A stretch of 62,999 nucleotides of DNA, filler included, from Globobulimina sp. (taxonomy: Eukaryota): the NCBI GenBank assembly GCA_003354225.1. It is 40 parts of 40 records of this genome, joined end to end, with 100 filler letters (N's around TTAATTAATTAA, not from the genome) between each part and the next. Parts side by side here need not be neighbours in the genome. Positions count along the whole stretch, not along the records: positions 36,294 to 37,770 come from PIVH01016061.1; positions 37,871 to 39,347 come from PIVH01016062.1; positions 39,448 to 40,924 come from PIVH01016063.1; positions 41,025 to 42,501 come from PIVH01016064.1; positions 42,602 to 44,078 come from PIVH01016065.1; positions 44,179 to 45,655 come from PIVH01016066.1; positions 45,756 to 47,232 come from PIVH01016067.1; 33 more parts are not named here. One strand, written 5' to 3'. Each line of letters opens with the position of its first letter. Position 1 is the stretch's first letter. Shown here piece after piece: positions 36,443-47,332 of the stretch. A program made the translations under genes and the position numbers. A model generated the notes under the pieces. The model was not told the origin of the DNA. It was given only the letters and a program-made list of their open reading frames with translations, and did not search any database.

Positions 36443-36484
36443 CACTGAGCTTTCGGCTGTCTTAAAGAAGCCATTGTCAAAGTG
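36443..36484 (-). ncRNA. Minimal type I hammerhead ribozyme (Penelope-like-element type, U3-A8 core variant)
   Basis: Minus strand: CACU-UUGACAAU-GGCU-ucuuuaagac-AGCC-GAAA-GC-UC-AGUG; stem I CACU/AGUG, stem II GGCU/AGCC, palindromic AGCU in place of stem III. Confidence 0.7.
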
Positions 36485-36684
36485 TTTAATTGAAGACTGT
36501 AAAAATGTTCAATCACAAAACGAAAAACTACAAACAATCAATACAAACACACACAAAACGAAAACAAACACACGTGAAAAATTGCGACAATTATCACAAA
36601 CATTGTCAACCAATTAAATAAAAATAAAAATAAACATAAAACACGACAATGATAAATAAAAAAGTACCTAATATCCACCAGCTT

Positions 36685-37770
36685 CTACAGCATCGAAACG
36701 AACGGTTCGTATTTCTCGCCGGACTTTAAATGTAATAATTCTTTTATCTCCCACTCTCTCCACCGGCTTTCAAATGATTTTCTTGGTAACTTGAAATCTA
36801 ATAAATTAATGTTTAAATCCTCTTTGTTTTCGTCCAATAATAACGAGATATCTTCTAATTTTTCCACCATATTAAAATCCAAACTCAAATCCAAATTTGT
36901 GTCCTTTTCATGCGACGTAATTAGACTCTCGTCAAAATGTACTAATTTTGAGTCATTCCAATCTTCGTTCTCCAAAATGTCGATATCCAACACTGAATCG
37001 TTTGGATTGAAAGTTGTTATTGTTTTTTGTGATATTTTTGATATATTTGCTAGGTTTAAATGATGATTATCATTCAAATTCGACTTATTTCTCAAAGTAT
37101 GTTTCTCAAAATTTGTTATATGTTCTACTAAATCCGTTTTTTCCTCTTTTTCTGGCGATTTTTCCTCTATATTTAGTCTCGGATTTATTTGATTAATGTT
37201 TCTCCACATTCTGGTATTATTTGCCTCGTTATTTATGATTTGATTATTTAATAAATTATAATCATTCCACGCCGAATCATTTAACTGTTCATCCTCCGAA
37301 ATCTGCGACAAATTTGCGCTCTGCATCGAGTTGTTATTATTATTATTGTTGTTGAAGAATCTGCTGAAATTTAATTCATTTTTCAGGCTCTTTATATCCA
37401 ATTTATTTTTCTCTTCTTCCTTTTTTATTATTTTCTCACATCTCTTCCATTCCTTTACTCGCATTTCCCTCTCATAATTAATCAAATCCTGCTCGACTTT
37501 CTTCGTAAAGTCTCTTGAAAACGTACCTGTGTTGTTTGCGTCTTTCCCACTGTTCATACCATGGGTTATCGCGCAAAATTGTGTCTGATGAAATATTTCT
37601 TGTTTACACAGCTTTGCTTCGCATACAAATCTATTTTCGCCCTTTACTTGTTTGATAACGAATGTTTTCATTAATTTCAAAGGGTTTCCTTTATTCAGCA
37701 AATAACATTTCGAACCATCCAAACCTAAAAAGTGCATAACTTCTCCGGTATAGTCCTTTTTGATGCTTTT
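36685..37770 (-). CDS. Hypothetical protein, possibly the 3' end of a retroelement ORF (5'-truncated)
   Basis: About 360 open codons ending about 200 nt upstream of the hammerhead on the same strand. Confidence 0.5.
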   Translation of the reverse strand, partial: KSIKKDYTGEVMHFLGLDGSKCYLLNKGNPLKLMKTFVIKQVKGENRFVCEAKLCKQEIFHQTQFCAITHGMNSGKDANNTGTFSRDFTKKVEQDLINYEREMRVKEWKRCEKIIKKEEEKNKLDIKSLKNELNFSRFFNNNNNNNNSMQSANLSQISEDEQLNDSAWNDYNLLNNQIINNEANNTRMWRNINQINPRLNIEEKSPEKEEKTDLVEHITNFEKHTLRNKSNLNDNHHLNLANISKISQKTITTFNPNDSVLDIDILENEDWNDSKLVHFDESLITSHEKDTNLDLSLDFNMVEKLEDISLLLDENKEDLNINLLDFKLPRKSFESRWREWEIKELLHLKSGEKYEPFVSML

Positions 37771-38520
37771 NNNNNNNNNNNNNNNNNNNNNNNNNNNNNN
37801 NNNNNNNNNNNNNNTTAATTAATTAANNNNNNNNNNNNNNNNNNNNNNNNNNNNNNNNNNNNNNNNNNNNTTGGGACAAATCACAAACACCATCCAGCTC
37901 TTGAGGGTTGGCGACAAATTCTTTCTTTTCTTCCTTTTCTTCTTCCCTGTCAGCCATGATGTATCTGAGCTTACTTCACTGGTTTTTGTGAGTTTAACAT
38001 TGAACAGAAAATTCCAAAAGTTTCCGCTTTCCTAAATTCTACAAACAACGTAGATATACTGTGAAATACTATGGGTAGCTCTGTACCAACTGCATCTAAA
38101 TCTATTTCCACAAAAGCAATGTATTCTGTCGGCGCGTCAATGGTTAGCAGCAATTCAGGATTATCATTGTATGTGAATGGCTTATTTGAATGTAATTTTG
38201 CACATAGATAATATATAAAGGTTCGACCACCCAGTAAACAGACAAAATCGTAATGTGGTTGTGAATTTATTGGAAGATTTGCGTATACCCATAACAGCGG
38301 TGTGGTTAGTTTCGCGTCCAATTGACAGAAATGTAGTCGACTCTTTTGAGCATTGGTGCGTTAAAATACAGGCACGTAGTTGTTTAATATCGATTGATTT
38401 CTTAGAATCGTCAGGAAAAGGGGTATGTGGCATCATTCGATGCATGTCAGCAACACTTAATATATTAATTTATGAAATAAGGCATTTGGTTTACAACAAA
38501 GAACCGATGTCGGCGCAGAG

Positions 38521-39048
38521 TTGGCACAATTTATGTATTATGGCGTCAAGAACAGACATACACAGAAAACGACGAAACATGAATGGGAGATTATATCCTC
38601 TGTAACACCCCATCCCTTCAGAAATGATACATATTTCAATTATTTATCTGATTATGACAGACATAAATTAGAGGAATTTGTGAGAAATTCCAAAATGGCA
38701 CCAACAAACCCTTCCAAATTTATGAAGGATATAAAATGCAATAAACGCGTATGTGATGTTGCTAAATTTTGCAGTGCATTTACTGCTGATAACAAAGGCT
38801 ATAATCCAATCACTAAAAATTGGTATAATATGTATTTTGTACGTATATTTTGTCGATATTTTCTACACATATTATATAGTCAACAATTTGCAGCAGAATT
38901 ATTTGCATATTTGGTTGGTGATAATTATAAACAAGAATGTGAGCGAATATTTGAACGTTATCAGAGTCCATTTGATAAAAGAAAATGGAGAAACATTCAA
39001 TATCAAAAACATCCGAGAATAAAACCAGCCATTGTTATAAAATCATAA
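38521..39048 (+). CDS. Hypothetical protein exon(s)
   Basis: 175-codon ORF followed by AT-rich 3' region; no motif recognised. Confidence 0.35.
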   Translation: MAQFMYYGVKNRHTQKTTKHEWEIISSVTPHPFRNDTYFNYLSDYDRHKLEEFVRNSKMAPTNPSKFMKDIKCNKRVCDVAKFCSAFTADNKGYNPITKNWYNMYFVRIFCRYFLHILYSQQFAAELFAYLVGDNYKQECERIFERYQSPFDKRKWRNIQYQKHPRIKPAIVIKS

Positions 39049-39643
39049 TGTATAATATTATTGTATATGCACTCGAATCCGCTTCGGTGTCAGCAAAATA
39101 TGATATATATACATATTATGTATGACGGGATGTTTAACAATGAAAATAAGAATATAATATATGATGTTACATGCTATCTAAAATAATGTAGTTTATGTTT
39201 TGATCATATATTTATATTTATATTAATTTGTTTTAATTGTTTTCAGTATCATTTGAATATTATTTTAAATGGGTTGTATACATTTACATGTATAACCAAC
39301 GGAATTCTTGGTTAATGCTTGTAACTGTACTTTCAATAAAATGCCCTNNNNNNNNNNNNNNNNNNNNNNNNNNNNNNNNNNNNNNNNNNNNTTAATTAAT
39401 TAANNNNNNNNNNNNNNNNNNNNNNNNNNNNNNNNNNNNNNNNNNNNTTCCAAAGCAGTTTTTATAATATTTTATGCATAATATTACAGCTATAACATTA
39501 GCATAATATTTATGCAATATACGATTTTCATAATATTATCAAAATGTAGTATTACATATTGATTGCATGAAATGTAATATTACCATCTGAATAACGTTTT
39601 TGCTAAGTCTGAGTAAGTAACTGAAGTGTTAGATGGTAACCGC

Positions 39644-40924
39644 ATGAATGCACAAATTATGACTGCTGTTGAAGGTGAAACAGGATTTAATTTTGACAAA
39701 TGGATAACAAACCATTCCCTGCAAGATATTAAACATTTATTTATTAAACATAATGCAAATACACAACATACATTACAATTGACATCAACCCAATTCAGTG
39801 CATTAATGACGGATCAACAATTATTTCAAAAATCGTATATGATACCAAAGATTATGAAAGCAATGCAGAAGAAACAACGTATTGTTATTACGGAAGCAGA
39901 AGAAATTCCGATGGTTAATGCACAGAAAGAAAATGAAAAAATTATGCAAGATATTAATCTGATAAAAAATACAAATAACAACAAAAGAGAGAGTGAAAAG
40001 AAAATCAATATTCAATTTGATCAAATTATAAAAGCATTGAGAGCGCGGCAAAAAGAGTTATTAACAAAATTAGAAAATATTCAAACAACTAAAATTAAGA
40101 AATTTGAAAAACAGTTAAATATTTTAAAAGTGTGTGGTAAACAATATAATGACTTGGATCACAAATGGGAGCAATTGATACATAATGAAAATATTGAAAG
40201 AAATAATAGAAAACAACTAATTGTCAATGATGCAAATCTAAGTATTGGAAATGCAAAAAAATTACAAAATGAAAATAAAAATATATTTGCAACAGTAAAT
40301 GATAAATTTGCAGCGCAGTTTGAATATAAATCAGTTTAGATATAATTATATGTTTAATATGTGATATTTTGTTGTTTGTTTTTTTAGTTTGTAGATGGAT
40401 TTGGTAATGTTTTTAGTGCCATGGCAGCACCGATGGTATCATTGTTAGACGTTGGTGTAAAAAATGCTAAATTTGATGTGCAATGTGTTGGTGGTGTTGA
40501 TGATGAAAAAAAAGAAGAAAATGAATATATTTATCAAGTTGAATGGAGTTCGGATTGTAAAGGTGATGAAGAAGATGATGATGAGAAATATGAATGGGAA
40601 ATTAAAGAATTTGAGTCAGTTCCAATTGAAATTGGCAATTTATTAAAAAATACAAAATATGGAATAAGATGCAAATTAATATCAACAAAACGTAATATTT
40701 GCAGTTTATCATCACAGATATTGTTGTTTAATACAAAAGATGAGGAGAGTTAAGTGAATAATGTATAATATGTTTGAATGCGAATTAATTTTATGTTGTT
40801 GTTATATATAAAGTGTTTGAAATAAAAAGAGGAGATATTGGTCAAAGTTGTTGGACTTATAATGGCAAATCAGATGCATTATCATTTATGTCTGATAAAA
40901 ATATAATGTTTTATGGAATTGCTG
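39644..40924 (+). CDS. SAM-like + coiled-coil + FN3-like protein (spliced, 3'-truncated)
   Basis: FDKWITNHSLQDIKHLF (SAM-like); INIQFDQIIKALRARQKELL (coiled coil); YQVEW...NLLKNTKYGIRCK (FN3-like). Confidence 0.6.
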
Positions 40925-41024
40925 NNNNNNNNNNNNNNNNNNNNNNNNNNNNNNNNNNNNNNNNNNNNTTAATTAATTAANNNNNNNNNNNNNNNNNNNN
41001 NNNNNNNNNNNNNNNNNNNNNNNN

Positions 41025-41930
41025 CTCAAATCAAATGTTTCAATGGCTCTCGCAGTGATTGACGCGACATTCAATACATTATGCGGTTGAAGCCATGTCA
41101 ATGGATAGTAATCCTGATTATATTTGATATCTGGTATGATATCATTATACCATTTATTCTGATTAAAGTCATAAAATTCCACACTTGCCACTCCCGAATA
41201 ATTACTTCCATCAAAACCACCACAAATATATAATTTTTCCGATGTATCATCATAGCAAACACCCGATGCCATTATTTCATGATTAATATTATCCAAAATC
41301 TTCCATTCTTTGCTGATTACATCATATATTTCAACATTATCCAAAGTTTCACTAAATGTGTTTCCTTGCCCTCCAATCACAATTAATTTGGTATTTCCGT
41401 CCACAAAAATAGAGGTTGACGAAGATCGACTTTGCTTTAGATTTGGCATAGATTTCCATTCTAATGTTTTGTTCTCATTATCAGCAAATATTAATTCATA
41501 CACATTATTTGTTGGAGTGTACCGATGATTATTTCCTGTAATTCCACCCATTGAGATTAACGAATTTGTGTAATGAGAAAATATTAAATCATTTGCACGA
41601 ATTGTTACGTTTGCAATCGGTATGTTTGGTATTCGAGTTTCATATAAAAACACTATGAAATATGAACATTAATATAAAATGAAAATGTTTTTGCTTGAAA
41701 GTAGACATTAACTTTTATGGTGAGAGTGGTTAATAAATGTTGCTGGATTTATAATATATGCTCGACAAACACTTTTATATTCGTGCTGCCAATATCTGTT
41801 CGAATGGAATATGATGTTATATTTTCTACTTTTTATGTTGGATATTCTTGATTGTTTATTGAAGGAATTTAAAATCGATGAAGGTATTTCTACATTTTTT
41901 GCATAACAAACTGCAGCATTCTCCATTTTT
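41025..41930 (-). CDS. Kelch-repeat protein (spliced, 3'-truncated)
   Basis: ISMGG...WKSMPNLKQSR, IVIGG...VEIYDVISKEW, YICGG...VEFYDFNQNKW. Confidence 0.85.
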
Positions 41931-42301
41931 AATGAAGGTAATTTGGAACAATTTGGTGATTGAATGGATTCATATTTCCAATTTGTATCGTTTTCGATAT
42001 CACCAATTCGAATAAATGTATTATGAATCGCAAGAATAAAAAATTGAGCATAAAAATAATTAAAGCATAATATGTTTAGAGATTGAGGAATGATTTGAGT
42101 GGGAATTAGTTTTTCGATCGCACGAATAAATCCTGCTATCAGCAGTTCACTGTGTTTAGGCTAATAAATCCTGCTATCAACAGTTTAGCATCCATTATTT
42201 TGCGGGAAAATGCAGTTTAGAAAAAAACTCAGTTCAAAGTAGCTTTACAGCTACAAATGATGGGGTGATTACGTGTCACTTTAAATCCATATAAAATTAA
42301 G

Positions 42302-42501
42302 ATGAATTCAGACGAGAAAAAGAGTAAACATGCGATTGATTTTGCCATCTTTGAAAGTACAGAAGAATGTAATGGACGAAACCTGAATAAGTGCGAAGCA
42401 GTGAGTCGCATAATTTATGCGCTTAAATATTATGCATTGCTGAATACGCAGCAAAGCAAAGAGGGACAATTGACCTTTTTGCATTTTATTAAAACATTGT
42501 A
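42302..42501 (+). CDS. N-terminus of a lineage-expanded hypothetical family member
   Basis: CEAVSRIIYALKYY parallels CSYLQRLTMSLKYF at about 7274-7318. Confidence 0.5.
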
Positions 42502-42601
42502 NNNNNNNNNNNNNNNNNNNNNNNNNNNNNNNNNNNNNNNNNNNNTTAATTAATTAANNNNNNNNNNNNNNNNNNNNNNNNNNNNNNNNNNNNNNNNNNN
42601 N

Positions 42602-42742
42602 AAATTAGGCGATGAAGGGCGCGTTTTAATAAGATATTCAGGAACACAACCATTGTTAAGAGTTATGGTTGAAGGGCCGGATCAGGGTCAGACTGAAAGA
42701 TATTGCCAATTGATATGCGATAGCATTGAAGCAAATGTTTAG
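42602..42742 (+). CDS. glmM: Bacterial phosphoglucosamine mutase, 3' end
   Basis: [25 protein letters not shown]...*. Confidence 0.9.
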   Translation, partial: KLGDEGRVLIRYSGTQPLLRVMVEGPDQGQTERYCQLICDSIEANV

Positions 42743-42762
42743 ACTCTTTTAGTAGTTTACAT

Positions 42763-42810
42763 AAAAAGTCGGGTATTAGTTGAACTAATTGCCCGCCTTT
42801 TATATTTTTT
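42763..42810 (+). terminator. Probable intrinsic terminator between convergent glmM and yccA-like genes
   Basis: Imperfect hairpin aaaaagtcgggtattagtt/aactaattgcccgcctttt with T-rich tail. Confidence 0.5.
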
Positions 42811-42966
42811 TGTCTATTTAGTACCTAACCGAAAACCCCGTGTTTGGGCGTAAAGTTGCACATATGCAAGGCGCAAGAAATTTTGAAACCGGAATGTACG
42901 ACTGTACATGAGGAATACAAAATTTTGCAGCAACACCGCAAATGGGTGAGTTTACGTTCAAACACT

Positions 42967-43677
42967 TTAATCTCTGCTACCGCCAAATATGTGAAGCATC
43001 ATGATAAATAAATTTATGAAATCAAGGTAAAGTGTCAGCGCCCCCATTAATGCACCTTTTCTAACCATTGCACCAGATGCGTTGTCAGGCAGCGTTACAG
43101 CCATTGTTTTAAGTTTTTGAGTGTCATAGGCAGTAAGTCCAATGAAAACCACAACACCAATGTATGAGATCATCATCTGCATGGCCGAGCTTTGAATGAA
43201 TAGATTGACCACAGAGGCAATAATTATTCCAATTAACCCCATCATCATAAATCCACCCAAAGATGTCAGATCCTTTTTGGTGACCATGCCATAAATACTG
43301 ACAACCAGGAAGGTTGCTGAACAAATAACAAATGTAGAGACAATTGAGGTTGCAGTATAAGCAAGGAATATAAATGAAAATGTGACACCGTTTAGGGCCG
43401 CGTAAATTGTAAATAAGAGCGTGGCAGTGGTTGCTTTGATCTTTTGAATCCGAGCACTGAGAAACCATACAAATCCCAATTCAGCAATCACTAAGGGAAA
43501 AAAGAGTCCGCTTATGGTCTGAGCAAATGCAGGATTTGAGATCATGGCTTGACTGACAAAGTATGATATTACAGCAGTAAGTCCTAAGCCAAAGGTCATC
43601 CAATTATAAACACTTCGAATAAAAGAATTTGTTTTTACAAGTACAGCGTTTTGTGAAAGAGAAGAGTATGTATTCAT
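42967..43677 (-). CDS. Bacterial Bax inhibitor-1/YccA family membrane protein
   Basis: FIRSVYNWM..GL.LTA, TKKDLTSLG, GLTAYDTQKLK, GALTLYLDFINLF; GGAGG Shine-Dalgarno upstream. Confidence 0.95.
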   Translation of the reverse strand: MNTYSSLSQNAVLVKTNSFIRSVYNWMTFGLGLTAVISYFVSQAMISNPAFAQTISGLFFPLVIAELGFVWFLSARIQKIKATTATLLFTIYAALNGVTFSFIFLAYTATSIVSTFVICSATFLVVSIYGMVTKKDLTSLGGFMMMGLIGIIIASVVNLFIQSSAMQMMISYIGVVVFIGLTAYDTQKLKTMAVTLPDNASGAMVRKGALMGALTLYLDFINLFIMMLHIFGGSRD

Positions 43678-43968
43678 TTTGTTTCCTCCGGTAATGTTAT
43701 TATTTAAGGTTTTGCTCAGTAATATAACATCAAAGCAGGGGATTTCAAGATTACATTTTGATTATCTTCTTATATTGCATTGATTTAAGTGATATTATAA
43801 AAAGTTTACATAATATATATTATCAGACATTGCGTAAATGCGGTGTCTGCCAATAATGAAAACTTAATTGAAAACTTAGCCGCATAAAAAATAAAATTTA
43901 TTGTTAAAAATTAAGCTTTGTTTTATAAATATTTGTTTTGCATTTGAAATGGTTTAACTAATAAAAAA

Positions 43969-44078
43969 ATGGTAAAAATAACTACAGGAAATATATATTC
44001 GGTTTCTAAACTAACAAGAGAAATTAAATCTCTTTTAGAAGAAACATATCCTTTCATCTGGGTAACCGGTGAAATATC
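43969..44078 (+). CDS. xseA: Exodeoxyribonuclease VII large subunit, 5' end
   Basis: IYSVSKLTREIKSLLEETYPFIWVTGEI. Confidence 0.9.
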
Positions 44079-44294
44079 NNNNNNNNNNNNNNNNNNNNNN
44101 NNNNNNNNNNNNNNNNNNNNNNTTAATTAATTAANNNNNNNNNNNNNNNNNNNNNNNNNNNNNNNNNNNNNNNNNNNNTTTGAACCCTTTGGACCACCAA
44201 ATCTGACACAGCAAGTGACTTATTAGAAATATATTTTATATTTCCTCTAGACACAACAGACAGAAATCTCTAGAAACTTAATCGCTTTGGGCAA

Positions 44295-44483
44295 AGAGTG
44301 TGGACACTTTCTCAATGGTTTTAAAATTGTGGGTTGAACATTTGAGTAACATGTTCAACATGTTGTATCTCTAAAGTTACAATAGAAACTCTTAAAAGGA
44401 TTACATGTTGAACAAAATTCACAACATGTTCAACATGTTGCTGACCCATAGAATGAAAATCTCTTAGAAAGTGTCCACACTCT
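44295..44483. mobile_element. MITE-like element, 189 bp, perfect 18-bp terminal inverted repeats
   Basis: agagtgtggacactttct (44295-44312) / agaaagtgtccacactct (44466-44483); internal aacatgtt repeats. Confidence 0.7.
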
Positions 44484-44576
44484 AGTTGCGTAAAATGTTT
44501 TTTAAAGTGCTAGTAAAATCACTATGTAAAGAAAGAATTAGAAAGATCGAAAAAATAAATACAAAAAAAAAAAAAT

Positions 44577-45638
44577 CTAAGAATTTTGATATGAGTCATA
44601 TTCGGAAACAATAACATTTTGTTCTGCTTGATTTTCCTCATCATTATCAGCATCATTTTGCACTCCATCAAATGACAATCGCTGTTCCTCATTCTCCTCT
44701 TCTTTTCTTTTCCTTTTGCCCTTTTTATCCCGTTTCTTAATCCTCTCCTCGTACGACGGATATTGCACGCACATAATCGGCGGCAAATAGGCGTTATTCA
44801 ATTCTTTGCGCGATCCAAACTGCTGAATCTGATTGCTTTTATCCGACTTATTGATAACTTTATTGATTTGTTTATCTTTTTCAGTCGCCGACGTCAACGA
44901 AGGCGCGTTAAAAACCGGTCTAAATTTCATCGAAATGGAGCCAGTAATATACCAAATAAAGCCGGCCAACGGCACCAACAAAGCACCGCAAATATAGGCC
45001 TGTTTCAAGGCCATTAAGCCGACCAAAGTAAAGATGGCAATCATGAAACCAAAGCGGATGCGGCCAAACACCAATGGCCACTGTTTGGCGCCAGTCTCAA
45101 ATTCGGGCACCCACGACATCGATAAGTTGTATGTGAACACAAAAGTGGCGAAGAAGAAGTATATGAATCCAAACAGCCACATAATAGGACTCATCACCGC
45201 ATAAGTTAGCACAATGACCAATATCAGCATAGTTTTGGCGAACCACAAGGAGTAATTAAACCGGTTCGGCTCCGCCACATTGAAGTGTTTGCGGAAATGG
45301 TATACGGGGCGATATAACTCCAGCGGCAGCCAAATAAATGTATTCAGCAACACGTACAACAAAAAGAAGACTGACATATTGGACAAGCCCGCTGCCAAAG
45401 AATCGACGATGGTCGACATGCTCGCCAAGATATTGTGGGCGTAATCCGTGAAAGTCACCGCATTCGACACCGTGGTGCCGGTGATCACCGTCACCAACAA
45501 CACCATAAACACCAAGCAATCGAAATATTTCGTCATCACCAACATCTCCAAGCGGCCGCGGTGAGTCTTGCGTTGTAATTTGGTTAATAGCTCGTTAATT
45601 GTGTTGCGGGCATTGGTTCTTTTTCTGTGCAATTTCAT
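44577..45638 (-). CDS. OSCA/TMEM63/CSC1 (RSN1_7TM) mechanosensitive channel, C-terminal half
   Basis: FNYSLWFAKTMLILVIVLTYAVMSPI...YFFFATFVFTYNL...PEFETGAKQWP...TLVGLMALK...AYLPP. Confidence 0.88.
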   Translation of the reverse strand: MKLHRKRTNARNTINELLTKLQRKTHRGRLEMLVMTKYFDCLVFMVLLVTVITGTTVSNAVTFTDYAHNILASMSTIVDSLAAGLSNMSVFFLLYVLLNTFIWLPLELYRPVYHFRKHFNVAEPNRFNYSLWFAKTMLILVIVLTYAVMSPIMWLFGFIYFFFATFVFTYNLSMSWVPEFETGAKQWPLVFGRIRFGFMIAIFTLVGLMALKQAYICGALLVPLAGFIWYITGSISMKFRPVFNAPSLTSATEKDKQINKVINKSDKSNQIQQFGSRKELNNAYLPPIMCVQYPSYEERIKKRDKKGKRKRKEEENEEQRLSFDGVQNDADNDEENQAEQNVIVSEYDSYQNS

Positions 45639-45755
45639 GGCCCTGTTTATTTGTTNNNNNNNNNNNNNNNNNNNNNNNNNNNNNNNNNNNNNNNNNNNNT
45701 TAATTAATTAANNNNNNNNNNNNNNNNNNNNNNNNNNNNNNNNNNNNNNNNNNNN

Positions 45756-46935
45756 CTATCTGCGCTGTCTGTGCATGTCTGGCCATATATGCCTGCGCGC
45801 CATGGCTGTGATGATAGGGTGTGGCCAACGGGATAGTTTGAAAAGCTTCATACTGTTTTGGATGACTTTCGTTCCAATTTATAGGCGGCACCACAGCACC
45901 GCACGTATTTGGATTGGACGACGTGGAACAGCTCATATTATCAGACTGTATTTGCTGTACTGATGGCGGCAAATTATTAATTTGTAAGTGTCCATACAAC
46001 CTATCATTTTTATCCATAAATTGCATTAATAATTTCTCTTTCTTTTCTTTTATTAATTTGCTCCATAAATCTTTTTTTTTCCTCATTTTTAAGTCATATT
46101 TTGCTAATTCAGGCGCTACAAAGTAAGATATCAATTTCTTACGCAAATTTGCTTTGGAATATTGGAAGGAAGTTCGTAAAAACACTTCATTGGATCCACT
46201 GCGCATCGTACTGAACACCGACGATATCGCCGTTTCTAACAACTGTTTTGCAAATAACTATAAACTGATTACGATTTGCAACAAAAAGCAAACTAAATAC
46301 CTCAAATATGCAATAATTTGTAAATTCGCTCTGTAATTGAGCCGATATTTGCCGTCCAAGATATTCTGCCATCTGTTTTGGTGCAGTTATATGTAATTTG
46401 TGCGTTGTATGAGGTGTGTATATAAGGCGTGGAGTACTTGGTCAGTTGCATTGAGAATGGACGGTAAAAAAGCTTGCGACATTTCCGATGCTTTTTGATT
46501 ATTCCACCATTTTTGTTTAGGGTCTTTATGTTGTGATGCTTCATAATTGTCACAGACAGATAAATACTTATCGATATTATGATATATATAGGTAAATTGT
46601 AACGGGTTTGGTTTGGGTTTGTGCGGTAAATATTGGTTCCATATTTGATGACATTTCTGTGTTAGAGACGTACGGATATTTAGCATATACGTTAGAGTCA
46701 GTCGAAGGGATTAATAGTGATGAAATGAATCAGTTTGTACCTTTGTTACAGCATTGTTTACTTCTTGGTTACGTTTATTCATTAATACACGTTCATGTTG
46801 TTTGAATTCGTCATTAGTTCTCTCAATTTTGGGGCGTAGGCGGCGCGATTTTATTCTGGAGGCACTCATGGTCATATATTCAGACATATTTTGTGGTGTT
46901 GGCCGTTGGGGCAGAAGAGAGTGGTTAGGTTGCAA
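45756..46935 (-). CDS. Hypothetical multi-exon protein
   Basis: The overlapping short ORFs join through three short GT-AG introns (about 46657-46740, 46373-46436, 46239-46300). Confidence 0.5.
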
Positions 46936-47332
46936 TGCGTATGGACTTTGAGCTAGTTGAAGTTATTTTTGCTAAAACTTTTCACAAATCCGCATCGGTG
47001 CGGAAAAGCCTTCTCTTAAATAATGCGCGCAGTTATTAGTGACGATGTAACTAATCAGGTTGCACAGCCTCGAAAATTAAGCGTTTGAAAAGGTTTTTAA
47101 AAATGTTGGTAAATTACGTAATTAAAATTTGACCCTAGGTCCTAGGTCCAATCAAACTGTAACAACTTCAAACTTTTTTTCTTAAAGGAATGTAAAGGAG
47201 TTGAAGCAGATTTTTCACATTGTAACAAATTGNNNNNNNNNNNNNNNNNNNNNNNNNNNNNNNNNNNNNNNNNNNNTTAATTAATTAANNNNNNNNNNNN
47301 NNNNNNNNNNNNNNNNNNNNNNNNNNNNNNNN

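Noticed and set aside
45756-46935. Series of short frame-shifted ORFs suggesting a pseudogene or alternative genetic code
   Set aside because: Explained by short GT-AG introns; recognised genes elsewhere end at standard stops, so there is no evidence of stop-codon reassignment.
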